Positions 22,164 through 32,172 of a stretch of DNA of 64,000 nt are shown here, piece by piece. Location of the stretch: NCBI GenBank assembly GCA_013416795.1, contig RQSC01000026.1, positions 321,586 through 385,585 of the forward strand, written 5' to 3'. This stretch comes from Prasinococcaceae sp. CCMP 1430. Lineage: Eukaryota; Plantae; Prasinodermophyta. The first letter of the stretch is position 1. The number at the start of each line of letters is the position of its first letter. Position numbers and translations under genes: made by a program. Below the pieces are notes generated by a model that was not told where the DNA came from, ran no database searches, and worked only from the letters and a program-made list of their open reading frames with translations.

Positions 22164-22589
22164 TCACCCCGGTCTACTCAGCACGCTTCGCCATCGAATC
22201 CGGGTCCTCCCATGAATTCCCGGTCATACGGTCCTCATACCGGGGAATGACGTGCAACCCCGGGTCTGACGCGGCTGCCACAAAAGATGAAACGCGCTTC
22301 CGCGTGGAGACGCGATGGCTCGATCGATGGATCTTCCCAGGGCTGATCCGCCGCGCGTCGTCGCGATTCGCGGCGCGCGCCCCCCCGGTTTTCGGATCCG
22401 CGCCCCACCGCGTCGCGCGCACGGGCCGCGCGCGCGCGCGCGCGGGCGCGCGAGGGTTTGGGATGGATTCCGGGGTCCGATTGGAAGGCGCCGTTGGGGG
22501 GCTGCGTCCTCCGAACTCGAGGTTTGTTTGTTTGGCTGTGCAGGCGGTGCTTGTTGTGTGCGTGTACGGGTGTGCGTGCCACCGCGCGC

Positions 22590-23046
22590 GCCAAGCCCCG
22601 CCGTCCAGCGTTCAAACATGGCCGCGTCGGCCAGCTGGCGCGTGGCCGGGTCGGCAACGCTGGTGCCCACCAGATAGGCGATGTCGGTTGCGCCACTGCC
22701 AATCCCCAGCGTTTGCCAGTCGACCACCCAACACTGCGCCCTGTCTGGTGCAAAGAGGAGGTTGTCGATGCGAAAATCGCCATGGGTCAGCGTGCGCGCC
22801 GCGGGTCGACGTTCGAGATAGGCTTCCAGCCGGTCGACGATGCTGTGACCCAGGTCGAGCACCTCTGCGGAGAGACTGCCGGCATAGCGGTCACGAAAGC
22901 CGGCATATAATGTCGGGAACATTGCCCGGACCATCGGCCGGGTGTCACGCTGGAGCCAGTCGATCCGGTCAAGCTCCGGCGAATTCCACAGGGCGGCGTG
23001 CAAGGCGACCGCCTCATCCACTGCGGCGGCGATGCTTGTTGCATCC
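22590..23046 (-). pseudogene. Fragment of a bacterial-type aminoglycoside/choline-kinase-like phosphotransferase
   Basis: LHAALWNSPEL, TLTHGDFRIDNLLF, VVDWQTLGIGSGATDIAYL; no N-lobe, start or splice context. Confidence 0.8.
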
Positions 23047-23631
23047 GCCCCGGCCTCCGCCGAGCCCCCCCCGCCCTCACCCCGCCGCCGCCCGCACGCT
23101 GTCGCACGACGACGGCGGGAAACAACAACAACAAAAACGACCCGCAAGCGGCAAAAATAATGACCGCCCTCACAAAAAAAAAAGACGCGCCGAACCCCGC
23201 ATTTGATAGGTGTTTTGTTTTTGGCGGGGGCGAGCGCGGGCCGCGCGCGAGGCGCGCGCTGCCCGCGATTCTTCCAACTCGGAGAGCGGGGGGAGAGAGG
23301 GAACAGTCCGAAAGCAGAAAAAGAAAAATGCGCGATTAGACCGTAGGATCCATTTGGAGAGCCTGTTCGTTGATCGAATTCTGGCGCGTAGACCGGGATG
23401 AGGACGCCCAGACCAGGGTCAGATGCGCGCGCGCGAGGTTCCCCGAACTCCACGCGGCCGTTGAATTTCGGAGCGCGCCCGACCGCGAGGCGCGGCGCGT
23501 GGGTGCCCCGAGCCCCGCGGCCGGCAGGACGCCACAACGCGCAGCGCACCGTCCCACCCGTGGGGCGGGGGCGGGGGTTGGGGTGAGGGAGGGGTGGGTG
23601 GGCTGGGAGTGGGGGTCTCGGTGGGCAAGTG

Positions 23632-26124
23632 ATGCCGCTGGGAGGCACGGGGGCGAACGTCTCGGAGGGCTATCTGAGCGCAGGCGAGGACGTGTACAGC
23701 GCCGCGCCGAGCCATCTGAGCAACTTGGGCGGCGACGGCAGCGACAGCGACTTTCGCGCGCCCTCGACGAGCTCGCCGGTCCAGCGCACGCCATCACGCA
23801 CCGAGCTCTCTACGAGCGCCGACGAGGCGACCTCGGTGCGTCGCAATAATGGCAACCGCAGCAGCGCTGCTTGGGAGACGCCCGACTCGCAATTGGTGGC
23901 TGCGGCTGTCGCCGAGGCGATCGATGGGCTCGCCATTGACGACGGCGATGGTGCCAGTAAGCAGCAGCGTGCGGGAGGCGAGAGTGGTGGAGAGCGTTGG
24001 GACTCTGTCGACGAGGGCGGAGGGGCGAGCGAGGGCTCGGACTCGGACTTCCACGGCGGGATGGCCACGGCACCTCCTTCCCGAACTGTGTCGAAAGGGT
24101 CGAGCGAGCAGGACGAAGCCAATTGGCAGGCGGCAGTTCAGGAGGCGCTTGCCAGCGTCGACTCGGAATTCCGCGGCGGGGTGGCCACTGCGCCTCCTTC
24201 CCGAACTGTGTGGAATGGGCAGGGCGAGCAGGACGAAGCAAATTGGCAGTCGGGAGATCAGGAGGCGCTCGCCAGCGTCGAGGGGGTGTCAAATCGGCAC
24301 GAAAGTGATACGGTGAATGGCGGCGCGGGGGGGCATGATGGCGCCACGCAGACGCGCTTCGCGAGCGGCGTCACTCCTGGTACGTTTGAACCGCAGGAGT
24401 TCGCGCCGGTGGTGCCCACAGGTAAGCCCGTGCAGCCGCTGGAGCTGAGCATCGATGTCGACGTTACCAGCCTGGGGCATACTCACCGTGAGGCAGAATC
24501 GTCGAAGGCAAATGAGGCAGCTGGCGAGCATCGTGGAGTGCGCGAAGGGGGCGATGCCTCGGATAATGACGCTGGGGGAGCCCGAGATTCTCCCAGCATG
24601 GTGGCGTACTTGGCGAATGCAGTCGCCAGCGCTGCAAAGGGCTCGGCCCAGGCTGTCACGAAGTCGCGCGAGGGCTGGGGCCAAGCCGCTTCCGAAAACA
24701 GAGTATCGCGCTTCGGACAATCTGCCTCGCGCACGGATGCCGCGGCGGACCCGTCAGTGGCTACGCGGCTGACGCGCAAGGAGCTCTTCATTTCCGATGA
24801 CAGCGACGGGGACGAATCGGCTCAACGCCCCAGTGCGTCCCAGCATAATTCTCCTCGACACCGCCTGGCAGGTGGTAGGGCGAGGTCTCTGCGCGGACGG
24901 CTGCTTGCGGGGAGCGATGGGGAAGTGCACAGGCCACGACTACTCGAGTATGAAGCACACGCGCGCCCCAGCGCGGACACATTCGGCGGCCACACGGCGC
25001 ATTTGGGCGGGCAGACCGAGCACCCCAATCCCGAGAGGGTTGCGCGAGAGCGTCGACGCACGCTTCGCAGGAACGCAAGGGAACGCTATCACGAGCGCCT
25101 TCGCTCAGGCAGCTTTGTCGGGGACGAGTCTTCGCCGAACGGTGGTGGTGGCTCGCACAGCCGCACGCGCCGGTCACGCCGTGCGCAATCTGAGCCTGAC
25201 TTCGTTGCTAGCGAGCCAAGATACGACGTCCACCCTGGCGAATTGCAGGCGAGGCAAGCGTCAGACTCGGTGCTCACTGCCGCAGACAGTACTGCACTGG
25301 CAAGCATGCAGGCACAGGCGAACCTGCGCATCCAAGCGCAGATGCAAGCGCAAGCACAGATGCAGGCGGCTGTGCAGGCACAGGCGCAGCTGCGCGCGCA
25401 GGCGCAGATGCAGGCGCAGATGCAGGCGACTGCCCAAGCGCACGCCCAGGCGCAGATACAGGCGCAGATGCTGCAGCAGATGCAGCAACAGCAGATGATG
25501 GCAGGAATGGTGCCCACTGCCGGCTCCTTTGGCGCAGGATCCCCGATAATGTCAGGCATGTCATCGCCCACAACGTTGCCGATGATGGCCGGGGGTGCCT
25601 TTTCGGGTGTGGCGCCCTCGCCGCTAAGCATGGTAGGGGTACCTTCGCCTATGGCAGGCATGCTGCAGATGGAAGAGAACATGGGCGTGCCATCGCAGCA
25701 GCAGCAGCAGCAAAGCAGGATGAGCGAGCAGGACCGAAGGCGTGGCTCTCGGCGGCAGAACTCGCGCTCGTCGGACGCAGAGGCGGAAAGCGACCTGAAA
25801 TTGGCATTGAGTGCCGTGCGACACGGGCGAGTTGAGGACGTCGACAAGTTGCTCGGTAGCGGGCTCGACGCCAACGCTGCGAACGAGAGCGGCACAACAC
25901 TGCTCAGCGTAGCGTGCCAGAATGGCCACAAGCGCATCGCCAAGAGGCTATTGCGCGCTGGCGCGGACATCAACGCGGGAAACCACCGCGGGCAGACTGC
26001 GTTGCACTACTCGTTTGCGTTCGGGCATTTTGAGCTCAGCGACTACCTCATCTCCAAGGGAGCGGACGACCAGGCCATGAACGAGTATGGACTTTCGCCG
26101 TATGAGGGCCTCGTTCCTCCATGA
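23632..26124 (+). CDS. Ankyrin-repeat protein with long disordered N-terminus and QA/M-rich tract
   Basis: GTTLLSVACQNGH, GQTALHYSFAFGH, GLSPYEGL; 120-bp internal duplication at 24040-24281. Confidence 0.85.
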   Translation: MPLGGTGANVSEGYLSAGEDVYSAAPSHLSNLGGDGSDSDFRAPSTSSPVQRTPSRTELSTSADEATSVRRNNGNRSSAAWETPDSQLVAAAVAEAIDGLAIDDGDGASKQQRAGGESGGERWDSVDEGGGASEGSDSDFHGGMATAPPSRTVSKGSSEQDEANWQAAVQEALASVDSEFRGGVATAPPSRTVWNGQGEQDEANWQSGDQEALASVEGVSNRHESDTVNGGAGGHDGATQTRFASGVTPGTFEPQEFAPVVPTGKPVQPLELSIDVDVTSLGHTHREAESSKANEAAGEHRGVREGGDASDNDAGGARDSPSMVAYLANAVASAAKGSAQAVTKSREGWGQAASENRVSRFGQSASRTDAAADPSVATRLTRKELFISDDSDGDESAQRPSASQHNSPRHRLAGGRARSLRGRLLAGSDGEVHRPRLLEYEAHARPSADTFGGHTAHLGGQTEHPNPERVARERRRTLRRNARERYHERLRSGSFVGDESSPNGGGGSHSRTRRSRRAQSEPDFVASEPRYDVHPGELQARQASDSVLTAADSTALASMQAQANLRIQAQMQAQAQMQAAVQAQAQLRAQAQMQAQMQATAQAHAQAQIQAQMLQQMQQQQMMAGMVPTAGSFGAGSPIMSGMSSPTTLPMMAGGAFSGVAPSPLSMVGVPSPMAGMLQMEENMGVPSQQQQQQSRMSEQDRRRGSRRQNSRSSDAEAESDLKLALSAVRHGRVEDVDKLLGSGLDANAANESGTTLLSVACQNGHKRIAKRLLRAGADINAGNHRGQTALHYSFAFGHFELSDYLISKGADDQAMNEYGLSPYEGLVPP

Positions 26125-26208
26125 GTACTCACTCACTCAGTGGAAGTAAGAAACGTATTATCCTGCGATTTGTCTGCTCGGCTGCGCGGCGCGCTGTCAG
26201 GTCACGAG

Positions 26209-28285
26209 CTACTTGCGCTGCCTCCTCTCTTCGAGCTTGGCTGCCACTTTGGCGCGCATCCGCTCTCTGAAAGTGAGCGAGCCATCCTCGCCCGGCTCTT
26301 TGATCGATGGCTGCAGTCGTGCGGCGTCGCCCCCCTCGCCACCTTCCTGCGCCACTTCTTTCTGCTGGCCCCGCTTGCTACGCGCCCATTGCCCGAAGCG
26401 TTCAAAGCGCGTTGGGTTCGCGGGCGTGTTTGGCTTCCTACCGGGGGTGCCTGCTGCTGCAGCATCGTGAGAGCGCGGCCTACTCGCGGTCTCACCGAGC
26501 ATGGTGGCTAGGTCGACAACCGGAGGTTCGTCCTCTTCGCTGTGGCTAGCATCGACATGTTTGATGGTCGGAGCAGACGCGGGCACGACGTTGTCCTCAC
26601 CGGCAGGCTCGTGCAGCTGTGGGGATCTGGGTTCGGGCACGTCCTCATCACTGCCAAGGAGTGTAGACACATCGACCATCGGAGGTTCATCCGACTCTTC
26701 GGCAACATCGGTCGCGCTCGCACCAACATCGATGTCTGTGTCCTGGACAGATCCCGACGGCGCTGTTTCTGGTGACCTCATCGCTCCCTCGTTCTCGGCA
26801 TTGCTCCCGGCCTCGGCCTCCGTCCTTTTGCGGTCCTCCTCGGCCTTCGCCGCGGCCTCGGCCTCCGCCCTCTTGCGTTCCTCCTCGGCCTTCGCCGCGG
26901 CCTCGGCCTCCGCCCTCTTGCGTTCCTCCTCGGCCTTCGCTGCGGCCTCGGCCTCCGCCCTCTTGCGTTCCTCCTCGGCCTTCGCCGCGGCCTCGGCCTC
27001 CGCCCTCTTGCGTTCCTCCTCGGCCTTCGCTGCGGCCTCGGCCTCCGCCCTCTTGCGTTCCTCCTCGGCCTTCGCCGCGGCCTTGGCCTCGGCTGCTTTA
27101 GCGACAGCTGTAGCCGCTTTCTCGGCAGCGCGCGCAGCCGCAGCTTCCACTCGCGACGCCTCCAAAGCCTGCTCAAGCTCGACTCTGCGGGCGTCCGCGT
27201 CTTCGGCTCGCTTGGCATTCGCCAGCGCCGTGGCCTCGGCCTCGGCTGCACGAGCTTCCGCCTCGGCTGCACGAGCTTCCGCCACAGCGGCCGCATCTAT
27301 AGCTGCGTCGGCAGCGCCCTCTGCAGATTGCTTGGCGTCTAAGGCCTCCGATGCGGTCGCGTTGGCCGCCGCCACGGCTGCTTCGAGCTCCTCGCGGATG
27401 CCCCCACCTGTGTATGCACGGAGGAACGCCAGCAGGGGCTCGCCGAGGCGCGCGTCACCGGCGAAGTCGTCCGCACCCGCGCTCGGAAGATGAGCACTCG
27501 CCTCTTCCTCAAACGTCACGGCGGTTTGGCGCAGCCCACGGGCGAGAAGATGTGTGCGGACAGCGGCGTTCAGCCGGCGAGACTCAGCTGGAGACGGCGC
27601 CGCTGCGAGCGCATCCGCCTTGGCAGGTGCGCCTGAATCGCCCTGCACGTTGCCATCTGCTCCGGCGGTGGACTGGCCGTCAGCTGCACCGACCTCCGTA
27701 CGAGCGCCGCCATCCATCGTCTCCGCGCTGTTTGCGGCCTGCAACAGTTCGCGCGCCTCGGCGAGGTCCTCTCGCGCGATCCTGAGCTCGTACTCGAGCT
27801 TGGCAGCCCTCTTGGCAGCTTCGCTAGACTTGGCTGCAGCAGCGGCCTCTTCGTCGATCGAGGTCTGCGCAGCCGCTAGCTCGGCATGAGAGAACGTGTC
27901 TGGGTGCGCGAAGAAGGCCTCCAGCGATGTGGCGGCGCTCGCCTCTTCCTCGTCGAGCACTGGGCAAAGGCGTGAGAGGCACGAGAGAGCATGCGGCGTC
28001 AGCGCGCATGCGTCGGCGTGGGCACGAGAACGCGCAGCGCCCTCTCCATAACAACCACCCTCTCTGGCGCGTGCGTACGCTCACACAGGCTGCATCGCTC
28101 CCTCAATAGCCCTCACCTGTCCCCACCGCGCCGCTGCGCCCCGCCTTGAGCTCGCTCAGTAGCTCGAGCGCGCTCAGGTGGAAGCCGCGCCGCAGCAGCG
28201 CGGCGCACGCCGCCAGCAGCTCGCCGCTCGCCGCGCCGCCCGTCGGTGTCGGCGCGGCCGCCGCCGCGCCGCCCCCCGACGCCAT
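26209..28285 (-). CDS. LisH/coiled-coil protein resembling the RELCH (KIAA1468) N-terminus, without HEAT repeats; exons 28117-28285, 26209-27959
   Basis: LLRRGFHLSALELLSEL..LEAFFAHPDTF..LEYELRIAREDL; LNAAVRTHLLARGLRQTAVTFEEE; phase-1 intron 27960-28116. Confidence 0.75.
26810..27090 (-). repeat. Coding minisatellite, 45-bp unit (AEAEAAAKAEEERKR) x about 6
   Basis: Near-identical tandem units. Confidence 0.95.
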
Positions 28286-28583
28286 CACCACCCCGAGCGG
28301 CGATCAGGGGGTGCGCGCCCGCCTCCTGCCTCCGGTGGCGAAGGAGGCGAAGGGGGGCGGGTGGGGGGGTTACGGCCGCCGGGCGCGCGCACGCGCTGTG
28401 GCGCATGCGCTCTCGCTCTCGGTCTCACAGCTCCGTCGCGCGCGGCGAGGCCTGGGCACGGAATAGTTGTTTCGTTGAGATTACCATTTTTCTACCGCAT
28501 CGCTCTCCGCACCACCCCACCCCGCATGCGCGCGTCGCCCTTGCGGGAGCCCAGGAATCCGTGACCGTGCACCTGGACCTGGG

Positions 28584-31487
28584 CTACTCAAAGCCAGCGA
28601 CCGGATCCTGGAGGATCTGCACCAGGCCCTGCAGCTGCATCTTCTCCGCCTCCATGGTTGCAAGCGAACGCTTGAGGCGACCTACCTCGTCCTGCGCCCG
28701 CTCCACCTCCGCCTTGCGTCCAGCTGCGATGTGCTTGAGCTTGGAGGCCTTCTCGGTGGCTGCCTCGAGGGCGGCAGCCTGCTCAGCGGCCTCCTCGTTG
28801 GCTGTCTTCAGGCGCTCGCTCACCAGCGCGACGTTGAAGTCCTTGGTACTCATTTCCTCAGTCAAGGCAGCCACGCGGGAACGCAGCTCCTCGGCGGCGC
28901 CCTGCGCTGCGTCGCGCTCCATCGCACACGCGGTGGCCTGCTCGGCGGCGGCTGCAGCTGCCGCGCGCGCATCCTGCGCCTCGGCGGTTGCATGTGCAGC
29001 CTGCGCACGCATCTGGTCATGCGCATTTCGCAGGACCTCCGCTGCGTCGCGCTCGCTTGAGGCGAGCGCACGAGCAGCAGTGGCGCGCCCGTCCGCACGC
29101 CGCACCTCCTCCTCGAGCGCCGCGAGCGCGCGGTCTGCCGCAGCAAGCTTTTCGCGCATGCTGCTCGCCTCGTCAGCAGCAACGCGGCGATCGGCGGACG
29201 CCTCTTCCGCCGCGGCGCGCCTGTCCTCGTGCATCCCCTCGAGTTGCGCCTTCGCGGCGTCCAGCTCACGCTGGCGCTCAGCAACGGTCCCCTCGAGCGC
29301 ATCGACGCGAGTCTGAAGCCGTCCGGCCAGCGCCTCGGCGTCGGTGGCGCGTTTGTTCGAGTCGAACGTGATGGTCTCGGCGTCCTTCGCAGACGCCTCC
29401 GCCTTCGCCGCGCGCTCCATCCATGTTGCGCGCTCCGTGTCCGCGTCGGCACGCGCACGCGAGGCCGCCTCAGCCTCCTTGACTGCCTTGTCCGCGCGCG
29501 CGCTCGACTCGGTCACCTCAACGCTGGCTGCCGCAGCGCGCTCGGCTGTCTCCACCAAAGCCCTCTCTTTGGCTGCGAGCGCCGCAGACACCTCGTGGAG
29601 CCTTGCTGCAATTCGCTCCACCTCATCCCGAGCGTTGGCCTCCGCCGCGCGACTGGCTTCTGCCTGCGCACGCGAGGCGGCCACCACTGCATTAAGCTCG
29701 CGTTCCTTCGACTGCGACGCCGCTGCCGTCGTCTCGAGCGAGTCCACAGCGTACTCGGTCGCCTCGCGCAGTCTCGCAGTCTCTGAGCGAGCGACCGATG
29801 CCTCATGCTCGGCTGCCTCGATGCGGCGCTCCGCAGCCTTGAGCGCCGATTCCGTGCGCTGCACAGCGACATCGCGTTCGGCGCGGATCGCCTCGGCTTC
29901 CTCGCGCGCACTCTCTGCATCCGCGCGGGCGGCCTCGACGGCTTGTTCTAAGGAAGCTGCGCGCTCGCTCTCGAGCTGGCTAGCCAGCTGCGTTGCCACC
30001 TTGAGCGCCGTCTGCGCCTCAGCAGCCTCAGCAAGAGCGCTTCGTTTGTCTTCCTCCGCCGCTGCGAGCGCCTCGACCTTAGAACGCTCGGCTTCAGCGA
30101 CGCGAGCTGAGGCTGCTTTGAGGGCAGCGCGCACCTCCTCCGCCGCGTTCGCGAGCTCCTTTCGCTTGGCCTCTTCGCAAGAGGCCTTTGCCTCCGCGGC
30201 AGCATTGGCGACTGCCTTCGACATGTCACGCCGCGCGTCTGCCGCTGCCGTCTCCAGCGATGCGATATACTCGCGATCTCGGTCAGCGGCTGCTGCCGCT
30301 GCTGCGGCCGCTGCTGACTCCGCCGCAAGCCTCGCAGCCTTTTCTTGTTCGAGCTCAAGCCCGACGCGCGCTAGCTCGGCGTTGGCCGACTCGACTGCTG
30401 CGCGCGCCTCAGTCGCCGCGCGCTCAGCCGCCTCGTTGCGCGCCTCTGCGTCGGCGAGGGCGACCTCCTTGTCGGTCGTGAGCAGCGATTTAGCACGTTC
30501 GGCGCCCACACGCTCGGCCGCTAGCCGTGCAGTCTCGGCGGCCAGAGTCTGCTGCTGGTGGATGAGCTGCCGCTTGGCTTCGTGCAGGCGCGCTTGCTCC
30601 GCCGCAAGCTCGACGCTCGCGGCAGCCGGCACGCGCGGCAGGTTGCCGTCCTTGGGTGCGACACCCACAGTCGCCAGAGCGCTGCTCGCACTGCGCGTAG
30701 CTGCAGAGCCCGTGCTGGTCATCGCGACTGCGGGCGCTTCCGCCGGGGGCAGGAGCGCCTTCTGCAGCCCGAGGGGCAGCTCCTCGTCTGCGACACGCAC
30801 TTGCTCCGCGATGCGCGACTCGATGGTGTTCATGCGCTCGCGGTTGTGCGTCCTGCGGGCGACGTCAATGGCATGCCGACGCAGGGACTCGGCGTCGGCA
30901 GCGGGAGAGTGCGGCAGTGCCGAGCGGCGCAAGTCTTCCATCCACTGTTTCGCTCGGTGGACGCTCCCATGCGAATTGCGGCTGCTCGCCAGTTCCACAC
31001 GCAGGCGACCGACCTCGCCCTCGAGCCTTCGAGCGGTCTCGGAGCCAGCGCGGCGCTCTTCCTCGATCGCGCGCTGCGCATACGCTCGCAGTGTGGACGC
31101 CTCCCCTGAGAATGCCGCACGCTCCGCCGCTAACGCACGCTCGGCTTGCGCCGCGCGCGCCTCCAGCGTTGTGCGGGAGGTCTGTGGGTCAGGCACGGCA
31201 GCTGAGGTCGGCGTGCGTGGCAAGGGTCTAGGGGTCCGCAGTGCCGCGCGCAGCTCGCCGACGCGGTCGTTGATGGAGGTCACGTCGTCCGCGAGCGAGT
31301 GCGCATGGTGCTGCAGCTCGACGACGCGCCGCACTGGCGTCCACGCCGCCGCGCTGCTCACTGCGGCGGCGGAGGTGGCAGCGGAAGCCGCGGCCGAGTG
31401 CGACGGTCTCAGCGGCGATTCGTACAACGACGGGCTTGCGAAGCTGATTCGCCGCCCCTGTGCGCCCGCCGATGGAGGGCTCGCCAT
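28584..31487 (-). CDS. Long coiled-coil protein of unknown function
   Basis: About 967-aa Ala/Glu/Arg heptad ORF from MASPPS. Confidence 0.8.
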   Translation of the reverse strand: MASPPSAGAQGRRISFASPSLYESPLRPSHSAAASAATSAAAVSSAAAWTPVRRVVELQHHAHSLADDVTSINDRVGELRAALRTPRPLPRTPTSAAVPDPQTSRTTLEARAAQAERALAAERAAFSGEASTLRAYAQRAIEEERRAGSETARRLEGEVGRLRVELASSRNSHGSVHRAKQWMEDLRRSALPHSPAADAESLRRHAIDVARRTHNRERMNTIESRIAEQVRVADEELPLGLQKALLPPAEAPAVAMTSTGSAATRSASSALATVGVAPKDGNLPRVPAAASVELAAEQARLHEAKRQLIHQQQTLAAETARLAAERVGAERAKSLLTTDKEVALADAEARNEAAERAATEARAAVESANAELARVGLELEQEKAARLAAESAAAAAAAAAADRDREYIASLETAAADARRDMSKAVANAAAEAKASCEEAKRKELANAAEEVRAALKAASARVAEAERSKVEALAAAEEDKRSALAEAAEAQTALKVATQLASQLESERAASLEQAVEAARADAESAREEAEAIRAERDVAVQRTESALKAAERRIEAAEHEASVARSETARLREATEYAVDSLETTAAASQSKERELNAVVAASRAQAEASRAAEANARDEVERIAARLHEVSAALAAKERALVETAERAAAASVEVTESSARADKAVKEAEAASRARADADTERATWMERAAKAEASAKDAETITFDSNKRATDAEALAGRLQTRVDALEGTVAERQRELDAAKAQLEGMHEDRRAAAEEASADRRVAADEASSMREKLAAADRALAALEEEVRRADGRATAARALASSERDAAEVLRNAHDQMRAQAAHATAEAQDARAAAAAAAEQATACAMERDAAQGAAEELRSRVAALTEEMSTKDFNVALVSERLKTANEEAAEQAAALEAATEKASKLKHIAAGRKAEVERAQDEVGRLKRSLATMEAEKMQLQGLVQILQDPVAGFE

Positions 31488-31839
31488 CGCGCCGGCCCCC
31501 ACCTTGCGGAGCTGACGCACCGGGCGACGAAAACGCCTCGCGTCGCCGGGCAGCCGCGCCGCGCCGCGCCGCTGCCGCCTGCTGCGCCGTCGCCGTCGCC
31601 ATGGCGCCCTTCGACACTCCCGCCCACCTCAGGCGAGCCTGCCCCATGCCCCGAAAACGGCGCGAAACGCGCGCGCGAAAAAAATAAAAAAACTTTTTTT
31701 TGCGAGGAAGGGGTGGCCTTCCAACAGCTTCGATCGCATCCGTTGCACCGAGGGCGCACCCAAAATTAAAAAAAAAAAACTCCCGCCCGACCGACCGCGC
31801 GCGCTCGCGCGCGCGTGCGCGCGCGCGCCCGCGAAACGC

Positions 31840-31932
31840 GGGATTTAGGGTCGAGAATGTTTTAGGGTTTGTAAGGCATATCGCGCGGGGTGGGGCGCCG
31901 CGGGGCGTCTGGGATCGTCTTGTAGGGTTTAC
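31840..31932. promoter_or_regulatory. Cluster of telo-box-like TTTAGGGT(TT) motifs in a divergent promoter
   Basis: Motifs at 31844, 31861, 31923 in an AT-rich island. Confidence 0.55.
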
Positions 31933-32172
31933 AAAGTAGTGTATTTTGAATGTATTTTCTTTGTAATATTTGGGGTTCGGTGCGTCACCGCCGTTTCGTG
32001 CGCCCGGGCGGGTGCGGGAGGTGCGGGGGTGCCGCCCGCGGAGCGCCGGCCCGCGGAAAGGGGGGCGCCAGCGGGCGCGGGTGATGCGGGCGACGCGTGC
32101 GCGCCGGGGACCGACCCGCGGGCAACGTGGAAGGTCGCGGCATGGGAGGTGGCGCCGGGGCACAAGTACGCG

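Noticed and set aside
29344-31515. Long antisense ORFs opposite coiled-coil, AGPase, lipase and HYDIN genes
   Set aside because: Shadow ORFs expected from high GC3 codon bias; no domain signal
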